64,000 nucleotides of DNA from a virus. The translations under genes were made by a program, and so were the position numbers. This document shows positions 55,812 to 64,000 of this stretch, in pieces (positions within the stretch are counted from its first letter, which is position 1; the number at the start of each line of letters is the position of its first letter). The notes beneath the pieces were generated by a model that worked only from the letters and a program-made list of their open reading frames with translations, did not search any database and was not told the origin of the DNA. The stretch spans positions 1-64,000 of IMG/VR virus record IMGVR_UViG_3300048587_001155. One strand, 5' to 3'.

Positions 55812-58190
55812 TCAACCAACGATTGGCCCAATAATTCCCTTGTCGCTTCCTCCTCGACCGGAAGACATGACGTCGATCGGCCCAAGCGATGGTTTGCCGG
55901 GCCGCGCCATTCCGAAGAAGTCGTACTCGGGTGCCTTGCACATACCGAGGGACGTGAGCACATCCGAGAATGGATTCGCATTCCCCACCTTGGCCACGGG
56001 GGAATCAGATGCGATCGAGGTACGAAGAGGAAACGAGGCGTTCGCCGCTTGCGTGATACCAGCCAACGAGTCGGCTCCATAAGCGAGTCCGAATACGTCC
56101 GAGTTGGCCACTGACAGATCGATGAAGCCCGTTGCTTGATCGAACCCACGCACCAATGGGAAGCCGCCAGGATTCGCGCCCACCGCGCCGTAGATTCCGA
56201 TGTACCGCAAATAATTCGAGCTGTTGACCGGCAAGTTATTCGCCGAAAATGCTCCCGTCCCGTAACAGACTTTCATCCCCACGGAATAGCCGGCGAGAAG
56301 CGCATCAGGGTTCGAGATGATGCAATTTCCCATCGGAATACCCCACGCGCCCGCCTCGGCAAAATTCGCGTTCGCGATGGCCACATATCCCGTGGAGTCT
56401 CCTCCTCGCACGAGGATTTCACAGTTCATCAGACGAGGTTTAATCGTCGTCGACGTGGTCTGATTGAAAATGCAGAACTGAACGAGGTTGCTGACAGTCC
56501 CCGCTCCCTCGCAGTCGATTTCAAAGATCGAGTTGAGCCATATCGCGTTCGTGCTTCCCGCCCACCAATAAAGCGTGGTGTATCCAGGGCGAATGTAATG
56601 CCTCGTGTTGATGAACATCGTGCGCGAGTAGGCTAGCATCGCCGGCTGCTGAGCGACACTTCGGTATCGTGGAGATTGCCAATCGATGATGATGACCTTG
56701 TACGTGGTCGGGTCATTCTCCGTTCCGGCGAGAAAAGCATTCTGCCCTCTCAATTCATCCGAAAAGGTCCATGCCTCACAAGCGACCGTCGCGTTCGGAT
56801 ATTGATCCCGCTCATCGATGATTCGATTGCTGATGTTGAGATAGAGAGCAACCGGAAAGCACGGCGTTCCGCCAGTCCCGTTACTCGCTCCACTCGGGAA
56901 ACCGGTATGTCCGTAGAACGCGGGAACCTTGTCGACCTGGCCGGGGCCTGTAAATGTGTTGGCCGCGTACAAGGTCGTATTCGTGGAATCGACCGGCAAG
57001 CATCCGAATCGAATCACATTCCCTACGAAATAGGTCTCGTGATTTCCTTGGGCAGAGAATGAATTGAGACAGCTCGCGCCACCGGAAGGAGAGGTATAGC
57101 CGACGACACAGTTCTCGACGAAGTGGACACCCCCTTGATGATTTCCCGTCGCGATGTCGTCCGCCTCGTGAGAGATCATGTGACGACCGCCATAGTACGA
57201 CTCACAGTTCGCGATATAGGCGACATCCTCTGTGCCGCCGCCGTTTCGTATGCCGCTGGCGTTCTGATAGCTGATCGACTGACAACCGAAGCCCTCGAAG
57301 CAAAGGCCCTCGACCCATAACCGACTCGCACCGTTCTTGATTCGGAGACCATCGGGAGCGCTGTTATTGCTTCCCACGCCGGGCGTAGCCTCGAAACAGG
57401 TTCCCGCGCTGATGGCATTGGGATCCGCTACCGTGCGAAGGAGGTTCCCGAAATTGACGTTCACGACACCATTGGAGTCGCAATAGAACGAGAGATCCTG
57501 AGCTTCGATCTTGGCGTAAGCCGTCGCATCCTGACCAGCGGAGACGCTCGTACCAGAGCAATAAGTGAACGGATCGCACCAGGTGATGATGTTGGCGAAG
57601 CCGGCGAGCGTAGCGGAACGATCGAACCGGAACCAACCGATCGTGGTGGCGTTAGTGGGATTGAGAACCGTGGCACTGGCCGTCAACGATACTTGCCGGC
57701 GATTCGTGGCTCCTCCAGGAGTCGTTACGGTCACACCGTTCAGCCATTGAATGGTGAAGGCTGAAATGATCGGCTTGACCATCTTCGTGTCGGAACCTGC
57801 AACGTTAGGCCCATAACTTCCGAAATGAAGCGCATCGGTCGACACTTCCAGTCCAGAAGCGTCCCGAATCATCGTCCCTCTCTTGAACAGGAATGCGGTA
57901 TTCGTCACGGGCGTCGCGAAACCAGCCTGCCCCCCAATGGTGGTACCGTCGCCGGTCAATGCCTTGCGAACGTTCGTGAGCGTCTTCCACGGGGTGGCCT
58001 GGCTTTGAGCCTGCGTTTTCGTGTTGTTGTCATCGCCATTGACCGGGTCGATGTAAAACGTGGTCGCTCTCTTAAAGACGCATTGGCGCCTCCGACGATC
58101 CCGAAGCGTCTGAGTCCACGGCAGGAACTTCGAAGAGGTTTGCGCGGGCATCGCCCCAGCAACGGCAGAAAACGTGCTCACGTTCGGCAT
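55812..58190 (-). CDS. Tailspike/depolymerase-like right-handed beta-helix protein
   Basis: TFYIDPVNGDDNN...TPWKTL, FLFKRG, FGSYG pectin-lyase-fold N-terminal motif; Asn/Gly-rich. Confidence 0.7.
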   Translation of the reverse strand: MPNVSTFSAVAGAMPAQTSSKFLPWTQTLRDRRRRQCVFKRATTFYIDPVNGDDNNTKTQAQSQATPWKTLTNVRKALTGDGTTIGGQAGFATPVTNTAFLFKRGTMIRDASGLEVSTDALHFGSYGPNVAGSDTKMVKPIISAFTIQWLNGVTVTTPGGATNRRQVSLTASATVLNPTNATTIGWFRFDRSATLAGFANIITWCDPFTYCSGTSVSAGQDATAYAKIEAQDLSFYCDSNGVVNVNFGNLLRTVADPNAISAGTCFEATPGVGSNNSAPDGLRIKNGASRLWVEGLCFEGFGCQSISYQNASGIRNGGGTEDVAYIANCESYYGGRHMISHEADDIATGNHQGGVHFVENCVVGYTSPSGGASCLNSFSAQGNHETYFVGNVIRFGCLPVDSTNTTLYAANTFTGPGQVDKVPAFYGHTGFPSGASNGTGGTPCFPVALYLNISNRIIDERDQYPNATVACEAWTFSDELRGQNAFLAGTENDPTTYKVIIIDWQSPRYRSVAQQPAMLAYSRTMFINTRHYIRPGYTTLYWWAGSTNAIWLNSIFEIDCEGAGTVSNLVQFCIFNQTTSTTIKPRLMNCEILVRGGDSTGYVAIANANFAEAGAWGIPMGNCIISNPDALLAGYSVGMKVCYGTGAFSANNLPVNSSNYLRYIGIYGAVGANPGGFPLVRGFDQATGFIDLSVANSDVFGLAYGADSLAGITQAANASFPLRTSIASDSPVAKVGNANPFSDVLTSLGMCKAPEYDFFGMARPGKPSLGPIDVMSSGRGGSDKGIIGPIVG

Positions 58191-58271
58191 GGTTCATTCC
58201 CATCAACGACTAGTGACCTTTCGCACCCGACAAATAGCCTTTCGACCGTGGAAACTTCAACCGGACCAAGA

Positions 58272-58305
58272 AATGAAAGAGCCCGTCCCCCACGAGGAGA
58301 CGGGC
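58272..58305 (-). terminator. Intrinsic terminator
   Basis: GCCCGTC-loop-GACGGGC then TCTTTCATTT on the minus strand. Confidence 0.5.
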
Positions 58306-58382
58306 CATATCAAGTTTTATGTGCGGTACGGGAGTCACTCGACGGAAACGAGACGCCGAGCGACTCCCTATCAGGGTTTGAC

Positions 58383-58751
58383 TTATCGCGTGACGATCCG
58401 CTGAGTCGTTCTCGATCGATTCCCCAGAAAGGGCAGGCGGGAATTCTGAGTCGTCGTCGTGATCTTTTGGAACCTCGGCGCCGCGACTGCCTGGATCGGT
58501 GCCACCGCCGTCGAATAGGCTACATTCGCTTGGGCAACGATCGGCTGGAATTGCACCGGCGCCGCGACATAAGACGCAACGACAGGCTGCGCGATGACCG
58601 CCTGTGCGTATACCGGTTGTGCGATGACCGGCTGAGCCACAACGGCCTGTTGCACAATGGCTTGCCCTCCGCATCCCGCGAAAGATCGGCCCGGCACGAT
58701 TGCCACAAGGCCGAGAACCAAAAGAGCAAAAAGCAGATGAAACGTCCTCAT
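58383..58751 (-). CDS. Secreted low-complexity protein (AQPVV-type repeats)
   Basis: Signal peptide followed by AQPV(I/Y/V) repeats. Confidence 0.6.
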   Translation of the reverse strand: MRTFHLLFALLVLGLVAIVPGRSFAGCGGQAIVQQAVVAQPVIAQPVYAQAVIAQPVVASYVAAPVQFQPIVAQANVAYSTAVAPIQAVAAPRFQKITTTTQNSRLPFLGNRSRTTQRIVTR

Positions 58752-59542
58752 CGGAGAGGCTCCTTAAATCGAGTGTCGACGATCCCACGCAAATCACCTG
58801 ACTTGCTCGGATGGGAGTCGTCGAGAATCTTCAGGCCGGGGGGAATTCGGAGGCGATAAGGAAGCGAGTTCGACTCACGCGCGGGCATCTCGCCGATGGC
58901 CGATCCGAAATCGACGAGTCGCCCGTTTTCATCGACTCTGCCAAATCGCCATAAGTTCGTCGAAGATTGCGATCCAGGCATAGGAGGGGCCGGCGTTGGC
59001 TTGGCTCCGGGAATCGCTTTCAGGGCCTCGAGTAATGCCTTCGGATCTTGCCCCATCCACTGGTCGAACAGAATAGATTCCTCATCCGACAGAGGCTGAT
59101 CCGGAGGCATGCTTCCCATGCGAACCCGAGTGGCGATTAAGACCTTCGTCTTGACGTCGTACATCCCTTCCTGATCGAGACGAAGCCCCCCTTTGGCAGA
59201 ATCACCACTGTGGCAGCTCGAGCACTTCGTCGTCATCAATTCCTGAATCTGCTCATCGAGAGGAGTCGATCCGATCCGCGGAGCCCCGCCGGTTGTTCCT
59301 GGCTGGCAGTTCGCCAAGGCCTGCTCGATTCGGGCGAGCCGCTCGTTCATCTCGTCCACCTTTCGGCCGGCGAGCAGATTCTCCCTTTCCTGGCCAACGA
59401 CGTACGTCCAGAATGGATCCGGTACGGGGATGGTCACCGCACTGACGTAGGGTGTCACCGCTTGCACCTGCTGAACCGCACAAGCCTGTTGTCCGCACTG
59501 CGACGGAAGAAACGTGACCAAAAGGGTCGCTAATAAAATCAT
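58748..59542 (-). CDS. Exported protein with Planctomycete cytochrome C-like domain
   Basis: Signal peptide; KCSSCHSGDSAKGGLRLD...GSMPP...LSDEE...QW. Confidence 0.78.
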   Translation of the reverse strand: MILLATLLVTFLPSQCGQQACAVQQVQAVTPYVSAVTIPVPDPFWTYVVGQERENLLAGRKVDEMNERLARIEQALANCQPGTTGGAPRIGSTPLDEQIQELMTTKCSSCHSGDSAKGGLRLDQEGMYDVKTKVLIATRVRMGSMPPDQPLSDEESILFDQWMGQDPKALLEALKAIPGAKPTPAPPMPGSQSSTNLWRFGRVDENGRLVDFGSAIGEMPARESNSLPYRLRIPPGLKILDDSHPSKSGDLRGIVDTRFKEPLR

Positions 59543-60831
59543 GGTGCTACTGCCTCCACTTGATTGACGATCGCGATGGCATCCCCCAGCAGATCTTCCC
59601 AAGCCTGCCTACTGATTCCCTGACGCGCGAGCAGCGCCGCGAACGTCGCCAGGAGAATCCTCTTCCGCCGATACGGTGCGGATAGCTTTCCTAGATCCTC
59701 CACGGGAATACCAAGTTCAGTGGCCGCGATCTCTGGCGTTATCGGTTGATCCAGATATTGCACTGTCATCCGTCGAAATTCATGGGCGACCACTTCGGGC
59801 TTGAGGTTGCAGGCCTTCGATACCGCCTCGCCGAACCTTGCTTGATCCTTCGAAATCGTGTCCGCCAGATTGGTGAGGAATCGATCTTCAATTCGCTGCT
59901 GATTGTTCCGATCGTAGGTCTCGAGCTTAAGCGATTTGCTGTTGATCATCGAAGAGACGTCATCCGTGAACGCGTTGATGCCGAGTCCGTGGCATCCGAC
60001 ACAGCTCCTCGCCGAGTAGATTTGCTTGTCCCTCGCCGTCGTTTCGTAGTCTTGGGCGATCGCGGCCGGGACGACTTGTACCGCGTTACCTTGACCGTCG
60101 GCGATGTAATACGCTTGCAAACCATTCGCGAGCGTCCAGATGAATTCCCCCGCGTCATGCTTCGATACCTCGAGGTTATCGATGATGTTGTCCTCGTCGA
60201 AATCGCTCAGATGATCCTGTGATTCCCACCAATAGCCCGTGAGGGACGGGTACCGGATAAGCCGACGGTTGTGCAGCGCGACGGGCGACCGGAACTTCGA
60301 ACCGTAGATATCCGCCTTCAGAGCAACCGCGTCGTCGATTCGAATTCGATAGGTCGATTGCACGTCGGCTAGTTTCCCGCCGAGCTTCAGAAACGAGTCA
60401 TAGAACGGCTTGTCCGAGGAATACGTCAGGAATCCCTCGAGACGAAGAACCGGGCTTACGGTCTGGAACGGATCACGCGTCGTCTTCGACAACGACCGCC
60501 AGACGGGAACGAATTCGTATCCGCGCTTTTGGGCGAGATTCTCCCACGCCGCGATATCCCATTCGTAATCCCGCAGATCGACGCGAAGGAGTGTATCGCT
60601 CACCTGAAATGGTCTGATGATCCTCGGCCGACGTGACAACGAGTTCACCCAGAACGAAGCGACCTCTCGCGCCGTTGCCCGTTGATCAGCTGGTATGGCG
60701 TAGAGGGAGAGGTACCGAATGAACGGTCGATCACTCGGGGAGATTTGGAGCACGTCCACGAGGGACGCGTGGAGTTCACTTGCCGGGCTGGGGAGGCCTG
60801 CAAGCATCACGATCGAGAGGATGGCTATCAC
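59539..60831 (-). CDS. Exported CxxCH-containing protein of an uncharacterised family
   Basis: Signal peptide; RYLSL, NSLS, VDLRDYEW, HDAGEFIWTLANGLQAY, SCVGCH. Confidence 0.65.
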   Translation of the reverse strand: MIAILSIVMLAGLPSPASELHASLVDVLQISPSDRPFIRYLSLYAIPADQRATAREVASFWVNSLSRRPRIIRPFQVSDTLLRVDLRDYEWDIAAWENLAQKRGYEFVPVWRSLSKTTRDPFQTVSPVLRLEGFLTYSSDKPFYDSFLKLGGKLADVQSTYRIRIDDAVALKADIYGSKFRSPVALHNRRLIRYPSLTGYWWESQDHLSDFDEDNIIDNLEVSKHDAGEFIWTLANGLQAYYIADGQGNAVQVVPAAIAQDYETTARDKQIYSARSCVGCHGLGINAFTDDVSSMINSKSLKLETYDRNNQQRIEDRFLTNLADTISKDQARFGEAVSKACNLKPEVVAHEFRRMTVQYLDQPITPEIAATELGIPVEDLGKLSAPYRRKRILLATFAALLARQGISRQAWEDLLGDAIAIVNQVEAVAP

Positions 60832-60845
60832 AGTTCCCCCATGGA

Positions 60846-61670
60846 CTACAGCGAGAACGTCTTCCCGTTGACGAGCAGGCTTCCTACTCCGACGCCTGAC
60901 GGAATGTTGATGGTGATTTGACCCGTAGGCGTTGGACCGACCGGAGGGACTTTCGACGAAGGGCCATAAAGCGCCACCGCATCGGCGATATCCGCCGCGA
61001 GAGGCTGATAGACGTTGGCCGAGTAGATCGGATTCATCAGCGCCTTCGCTTGATTCGCGGCAGTATGCCGGAACCCGATCGCATGGCCAATCTCGTGCGT
61101 GGCAACCGCCAAGAGGAGAATCGCGCCGTTCGCCGTGGTGACTCCGAACGTCTCATCCAGGTCGTAGACCTGATTGAGTTGAGTGTCCGGGCGTGCTCCG
61201 TCCGGCAGTTCACTCCATGCGAGAACCCCCATCGGTCCGTCGAATCCAGCTCGCTTTCCTTTCCCGGTCGTCATGATGACGTTGGCACCGGCCGCGCCCA
61301 TGACTTCTATCGGCCTGAGTCCGCAGACCGCGCCCCATGCCGCCCACGCCTGTCGATACACCTGGCGAGCTTGGTCCGAAGTAAGACCGTTGGGAGTCGC
61401 CTGAATGTAATACTTGACGTCCATCATCGGCCATTTGCAGCCAGCCGTGGTGATCGTCTGAATGTCCGGAAGGCCGCAACCGCACGTCATTCGCTTCAGA
61501 AAGGCACGCTGCGTAATGCTCCCGGCATTCCCGTCCTCAGTGAGCCCTTGGTAATGCTGAAAGGATTTGACCGCCTCTTCTAGCTCGCCATCTTTCTTCT
61601 TTTCGAAGAAGTCTTTAGCGAGATGACCGAGGGAGATCAGTCCATTGATCAATTGCAATTCCGTGAGCAT
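60846..61670 (-). CDS. Matrixin (M10/MMP-like) metalloprotease with PG-binding-like prodomain
   Basis: AVKSFQHYQGLTEDG prodomain, CGLPD cysteine switch, FDGPMGVLA, HEIGHAIGFRH, ALMNP Met-turn. Confidence 0.88.
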   Translation of the reverse strand: MLTELQLINGLISLGHLAKDFFEKKKDGELEEAVKSFQHYQGLTEDGNAGSITQRAFLKRMTCGCGLPDIQTITTAGCKWPMMDVKYYIQATPNGLTSDQARQVYRQAWAAWGAVCGLRPIEVMGAAGANVIMTTGKGKRAGFDGPMGVLAWSELPDGARPDTQLNQVYDLDETFGVTTANGAILLLAVATHEIGHAIGFRHTAANQAKALMNPIYSANVYQPLAADIADAVALYGPSSKVPPVGPTPTGQITINIPSGVGVGSLLVNGKTFSL

Positions 61671-61719
61671 CGCAAACCCTTTCAGCTATATCCCTGTTTC
61701 GTAACGCCGTGAACGATGA

Positions 61720-62187
61720 TCACTTCTTGATGAGAAGCGGAATCAAGGTCGGACCGTACTGGACGATGAAGGTGAAGATCTTGTCCCAAGGAATATCCTT
61801 GAGAACCTTGAGGGCCTCCCGGCGGTCGACAATCTCTGCCTGAAAGACAGGTCGAGCTTCATCGGACGTGTGGTTATCCACGAACGTCTGCATGGCTTCG
61901 ACGAACTCAGGAATGAGCACCGTCGGCTGAGCAATGAGGAATTGAACGTCCGGAGTGGCGATCGGTCCCGAGGGAGATCCATCAGCCGGCGGTTCCCCGA
62001 CGAATAAATTGAGGCCGTAACCCCACAGAATGTGCAGATTCTTCAAGATCAAGGGGATGTTGTCGGTGATCTTCCCTTCCCGGAAGATCGCGAGCAGCGC
62101 CAAAGCCTCATTGATCGGAGGCTTGGTCGGATACGGATAGTTGGTCGGTTCCGTGGTCGTCAATTCTTCGGTCTTATCCTGGGTCAT
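61720..62187 (-). CDS. Hypothetical protein with amphipathic C-terminus
   Basis: IPWDKIFTFIVQYGPTLIPLLIKK; located between holin-like gene and protease. Confidence 0.55.
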   Translation of the reverse strand: MTQDKTEELTTTEPTNYPYPTKPPINEALALLAIFREGKITDNIPLILKNLHILWGYGLNLFVGEPPADGSPSGPIATPDVQFLIAQPTVLIPEFVEAMQTFVDNHTSDEARPVFQAEIVDRREALKVLKDIPWDKIFTFIVQYGPTLIPLLIKK

Positions 62188-62205
62188 CGAACAGTCCTTA
62201 AATGG

Positions 62206-62547
62206 TCAAGACGAAGACTTCGGCAGAGATGTCTGAAGCTTCGCGATGACGGAACTCACTTCTCGGAAAGCAACCGTGTTGTCGGTGATCACCTGCTGTT
62301 GCGCGATCACCATATTCTCAAGCTTCGTCCGTACCTCGTTCTCGAGCAGATCGATCCGTTTCCCCATCCGCTCCTCACGAGCCACCGATTGATTGGTGAA
62401 GTCGTCGAGCTGTTTCGTCGAACGAGCTATCTGATCCTCCTCTCGTTTGGTCGCTCGATCGTGGTACACCTTGTTCTGCAGGAAATACGCGACGGCGATA
62501 AAGCCCAGAACGCCGTATTGCATGAGCACATCGGATCCACCATCCAC
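62206..62547 (-). CDS. Holin-like single-TM coiled-coil protein (BhlA/UviB-like)
   Basis: QYGVLGFIAVAYFL...KREE followed by a coiled coil. Confidence 0.5.
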   Translation of the reverse strand: MDGGSDVLMQYGVLGFIAVAYFLQNKVYHDRATKREEDQIARSTKQLDDFTNQSVAREERMGKRIDLLENEVRTKLENMVIAQQQVITDNTVAFREVSSVIAKLQTSLPKSSS

Positions 62548-62550
62548 GCG

Positions 62551-62877
62551 TTATTCTCCTTCGAGCTTGAGAATGGCCCGATCGACGTGGTCCTTTAGCC
62601 AACGCCAAACAGGCAGAACAGGAACAGTCGATGGATCAGCACCGGAGAGAAGGGCTTCGAGGGTGGAGCATCCGACTTCATCAGATGCGGGTGAAGTATC
62701 TTCACCAGGCTGGCTGGGGTCCGTCAGGATGAGCTTTTGCAGATAACCGATGGATACCCAGCCGCAATGACAGAAGAGCGAACGGCTGGCAAGAATGGAG
62801 TTATCCCGAACGCGATTGATGACAACGCCCATCTCGATCGATGGAGCTTCGCTCGGGTAATTGAGATCTTGTTGCAT
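62551..62877 (-). CDS. Hypothetical phage protein
   Basis: GGAGG RBS; co-oriented. Confidence 0.4.
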   Translation of the reverse strand: MQQDLNYPSEAPSIEMGVVINRVRDNSILASRSLFCHCGWVSIGYLQKLILTDPSQPGEDTSPASDEVGCSTLEALLSGADPSTVPVLPVWRWLKDHVDRAILKLEGE

Positions 62878-62946
62878 TCCGCCGCCTCCGGTCATTGGCG
62901 ACGGCAGAATGCCAAACGAAAGTTTCAAAGGTCAAGGAGGGCCAAG

Positions 62947-63201
62947 TTAGAAGAGAGTCCCGTCAGGATCTTTCGCTTTCTTCCCTGTAAACAGATCGCG
63001 AATCTTTGACGCGCGTTTGATGTAGGTTGCTAATCTCTCTTCACGCTTTTCCGCCGCGTCCGCATTCGTTCTCGATCGTCCGGCTCCCGACCTCACTTCG
63101 TGCCCAAATACTGCTGTTTCCTCCCGATGAATCGATGCAGGAAGATTCCCCGCCCATTTGTTTGCCGACGTTGAACGATCAACACGCACAACCATCGCCA
63201 T
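62947..63201 (-). CDS. Hypothetical phage protein
   Basis: AAGGA RBS. Confidence 0.5.
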   Translation of the reverse strand: MAMVVRVDRSTSANKWAGNLPASIHREETAVFGHEVRSGAGRSRTNADAAEKREERLATYIKRASKIRDLFTGKKAKDPDGTLF

Positions 63202-63227
63202 GAGATTTCCTTTCCGCGAGAGTTAAC

Positions 63228-63416
63228 TTAGGCCTTCGATTCGAGTTTCTTTCCCACCTCCTCACAAAAGACGAGCACACTCATATCGTCCGACGCCGTC
63301 AGGGCATGCTCTAAGATTCTGGATTGGACCCAAAGAAGTGCCTCCCGGTAACCACTCTCATACAAGAGCACGCCACTGAGGGTTACTTCCCGTCGAGGAG
63401 CTTTCTTCTTTGCCAT
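63228..63416 (-). CDS. Hypothetical phage protein
   Basis: MAKKKAPRR start, co-oriented. Confidence 0.45.
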   Translation of the reverse strand: MAKKKAPRREVTLSGVLLYESGYREALLWVQSRILEHALTASDDMSVLVFCEEVGKKLESKA

Positions 63417-63418
63417 AA

Positions 63419-63613
63419 CTACTTCACTTTGAACAGATTGCCGCACGGAATAAAGACGAGCTTCCCATTGATAAGTATTCCGTGATTCCGGCAACGTCTC
63501 GCGTGGCAGATGATGTGAACGGTTCCGAGGTAATCGTGGTACGGCATCATCGAAGAGTAATGTTTGCCGTAGCGAATGCGGACCAACTGGCCTGGGGTGG
63601 GATTGGCAAGCAT
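63419..63613 (-). CDS. Small SH3-like phage protein
   Basis: PGQLVRIRY...GTV...RNHGILINGKLVFIPCGNL. Confidence 0.5.
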   Translation of the reverse strand: MLANPTPGQLVRIRYGKHYSSMMPYHDYLGTVHIICHARRCRNHGILINGKLVFIPCGNLFKVK

Positions 63614-64000
63614 GGGGGGGAACCTTCGAATCGACCGAGTCAAATCATTCTGTGAGCAATGCTGGCAGTCATCAAGGTCGAGTAACTCAGGGAGTTTGAA
63701 TTCGACAGCGAACACTGGCAAGTTAAGAACATCCTGAATATTCCTGATGCGGTGAGCGATGCGGAGCCCATGCCCGAGCGTTCCCAACAGGCAGCATCGA
63801 AAGATCCGCAACCATTCGTTTCGTTTGGACAGACTCCGTATCGCTCACACTCCTCAACGACACTTGCTTTGGTATCCTCCGAGCGAGCTGTGGCATTCAA
63901 GAATTTCCTCTCATAGAATCTCGTTCGGCAAGGCGGAGTAGCTACCGCCTCATGCACCGGCTCGGCGGCCTCAGCGTTCCAAACCTCGCGGAAGCCGCCG

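Larger units (their letters stand above)
10396..64000. mobile_element. Large element integrated in tRNA-Ser: cargo region plus podovirus-like prophage (right end outside window)
   Basis: Lies on the 5' side of a displaced tRNA 3' fragment; contains terminase, portal, capsid, adaptor, nozzle and ejection genes. Whether the 11-24 kb cargo belongs to the same unit is inferred. Confidence 0.65.

Noticed and set aside
47051-61583. Long plus-strand ORFs (e.g. 48102..48962, 48987..50000, 53033..54031, 57825..58859, 60918..61583)
   Set aside because: Antisense shadows of well-supported minus-strand phage genes in GC-rich DNA; Arg-rich and without motifs.

Overview
The window is almost entirely mobile DNA, most likely from a planctomycete. 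That host assignment is inferred from a Planctomycete-cytochrome-C-type CxxCH protein and the style of the integrase and CsrA. There are four blocks. (1) 1-10338 is a compact satellite-like integrated element. It encodes an HTH protein, a prohead protease-capsid fusion, a Zn-finger/TOPRIM/SF3 primase-helicase followed by iteron-like repeats, an Ogr-like Zn ribbon, a tape-measure gene broken by one in-frame TAG, CsrA and a tyrosine integrase. (2) 10339-10395 is the 3' half of tRNA-Ser(GGA), an att scar flanked on each side by a different pair of arm-type repeats, which suggests two elements integrated in tandem. (3) About 11-24 kb is defence-island-like cargo. It holds a tandem array of four RNase HI paralogs (five domains, only one with an intact DEDD site), an N6-MTase / GHKL-histidine kinase / receiver / unknown operon, a DUF4062-wHTH protein, and a two-gene cassette bracketed by 25-bp direct repeats. 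(4) About 24.3-64 kb is a podovirus-like prophage. A plus-strand early-like cluster (double HTH, truncated DnaX-like AAA+, ArdC, serine recombinase) converges on a long minus-strand late region (holin-like protein, MMP-like matrixin, two CxxCH proteins, tailspike, terminase, portal, scaffold, capsid, glycosyltransferase, adaptor, apparently split nozzle, ejection proteins). The best candidate for an undescribed system is the one-active-plus-several-dead RNase H array. All calls come from motif reading; no database searches were run.
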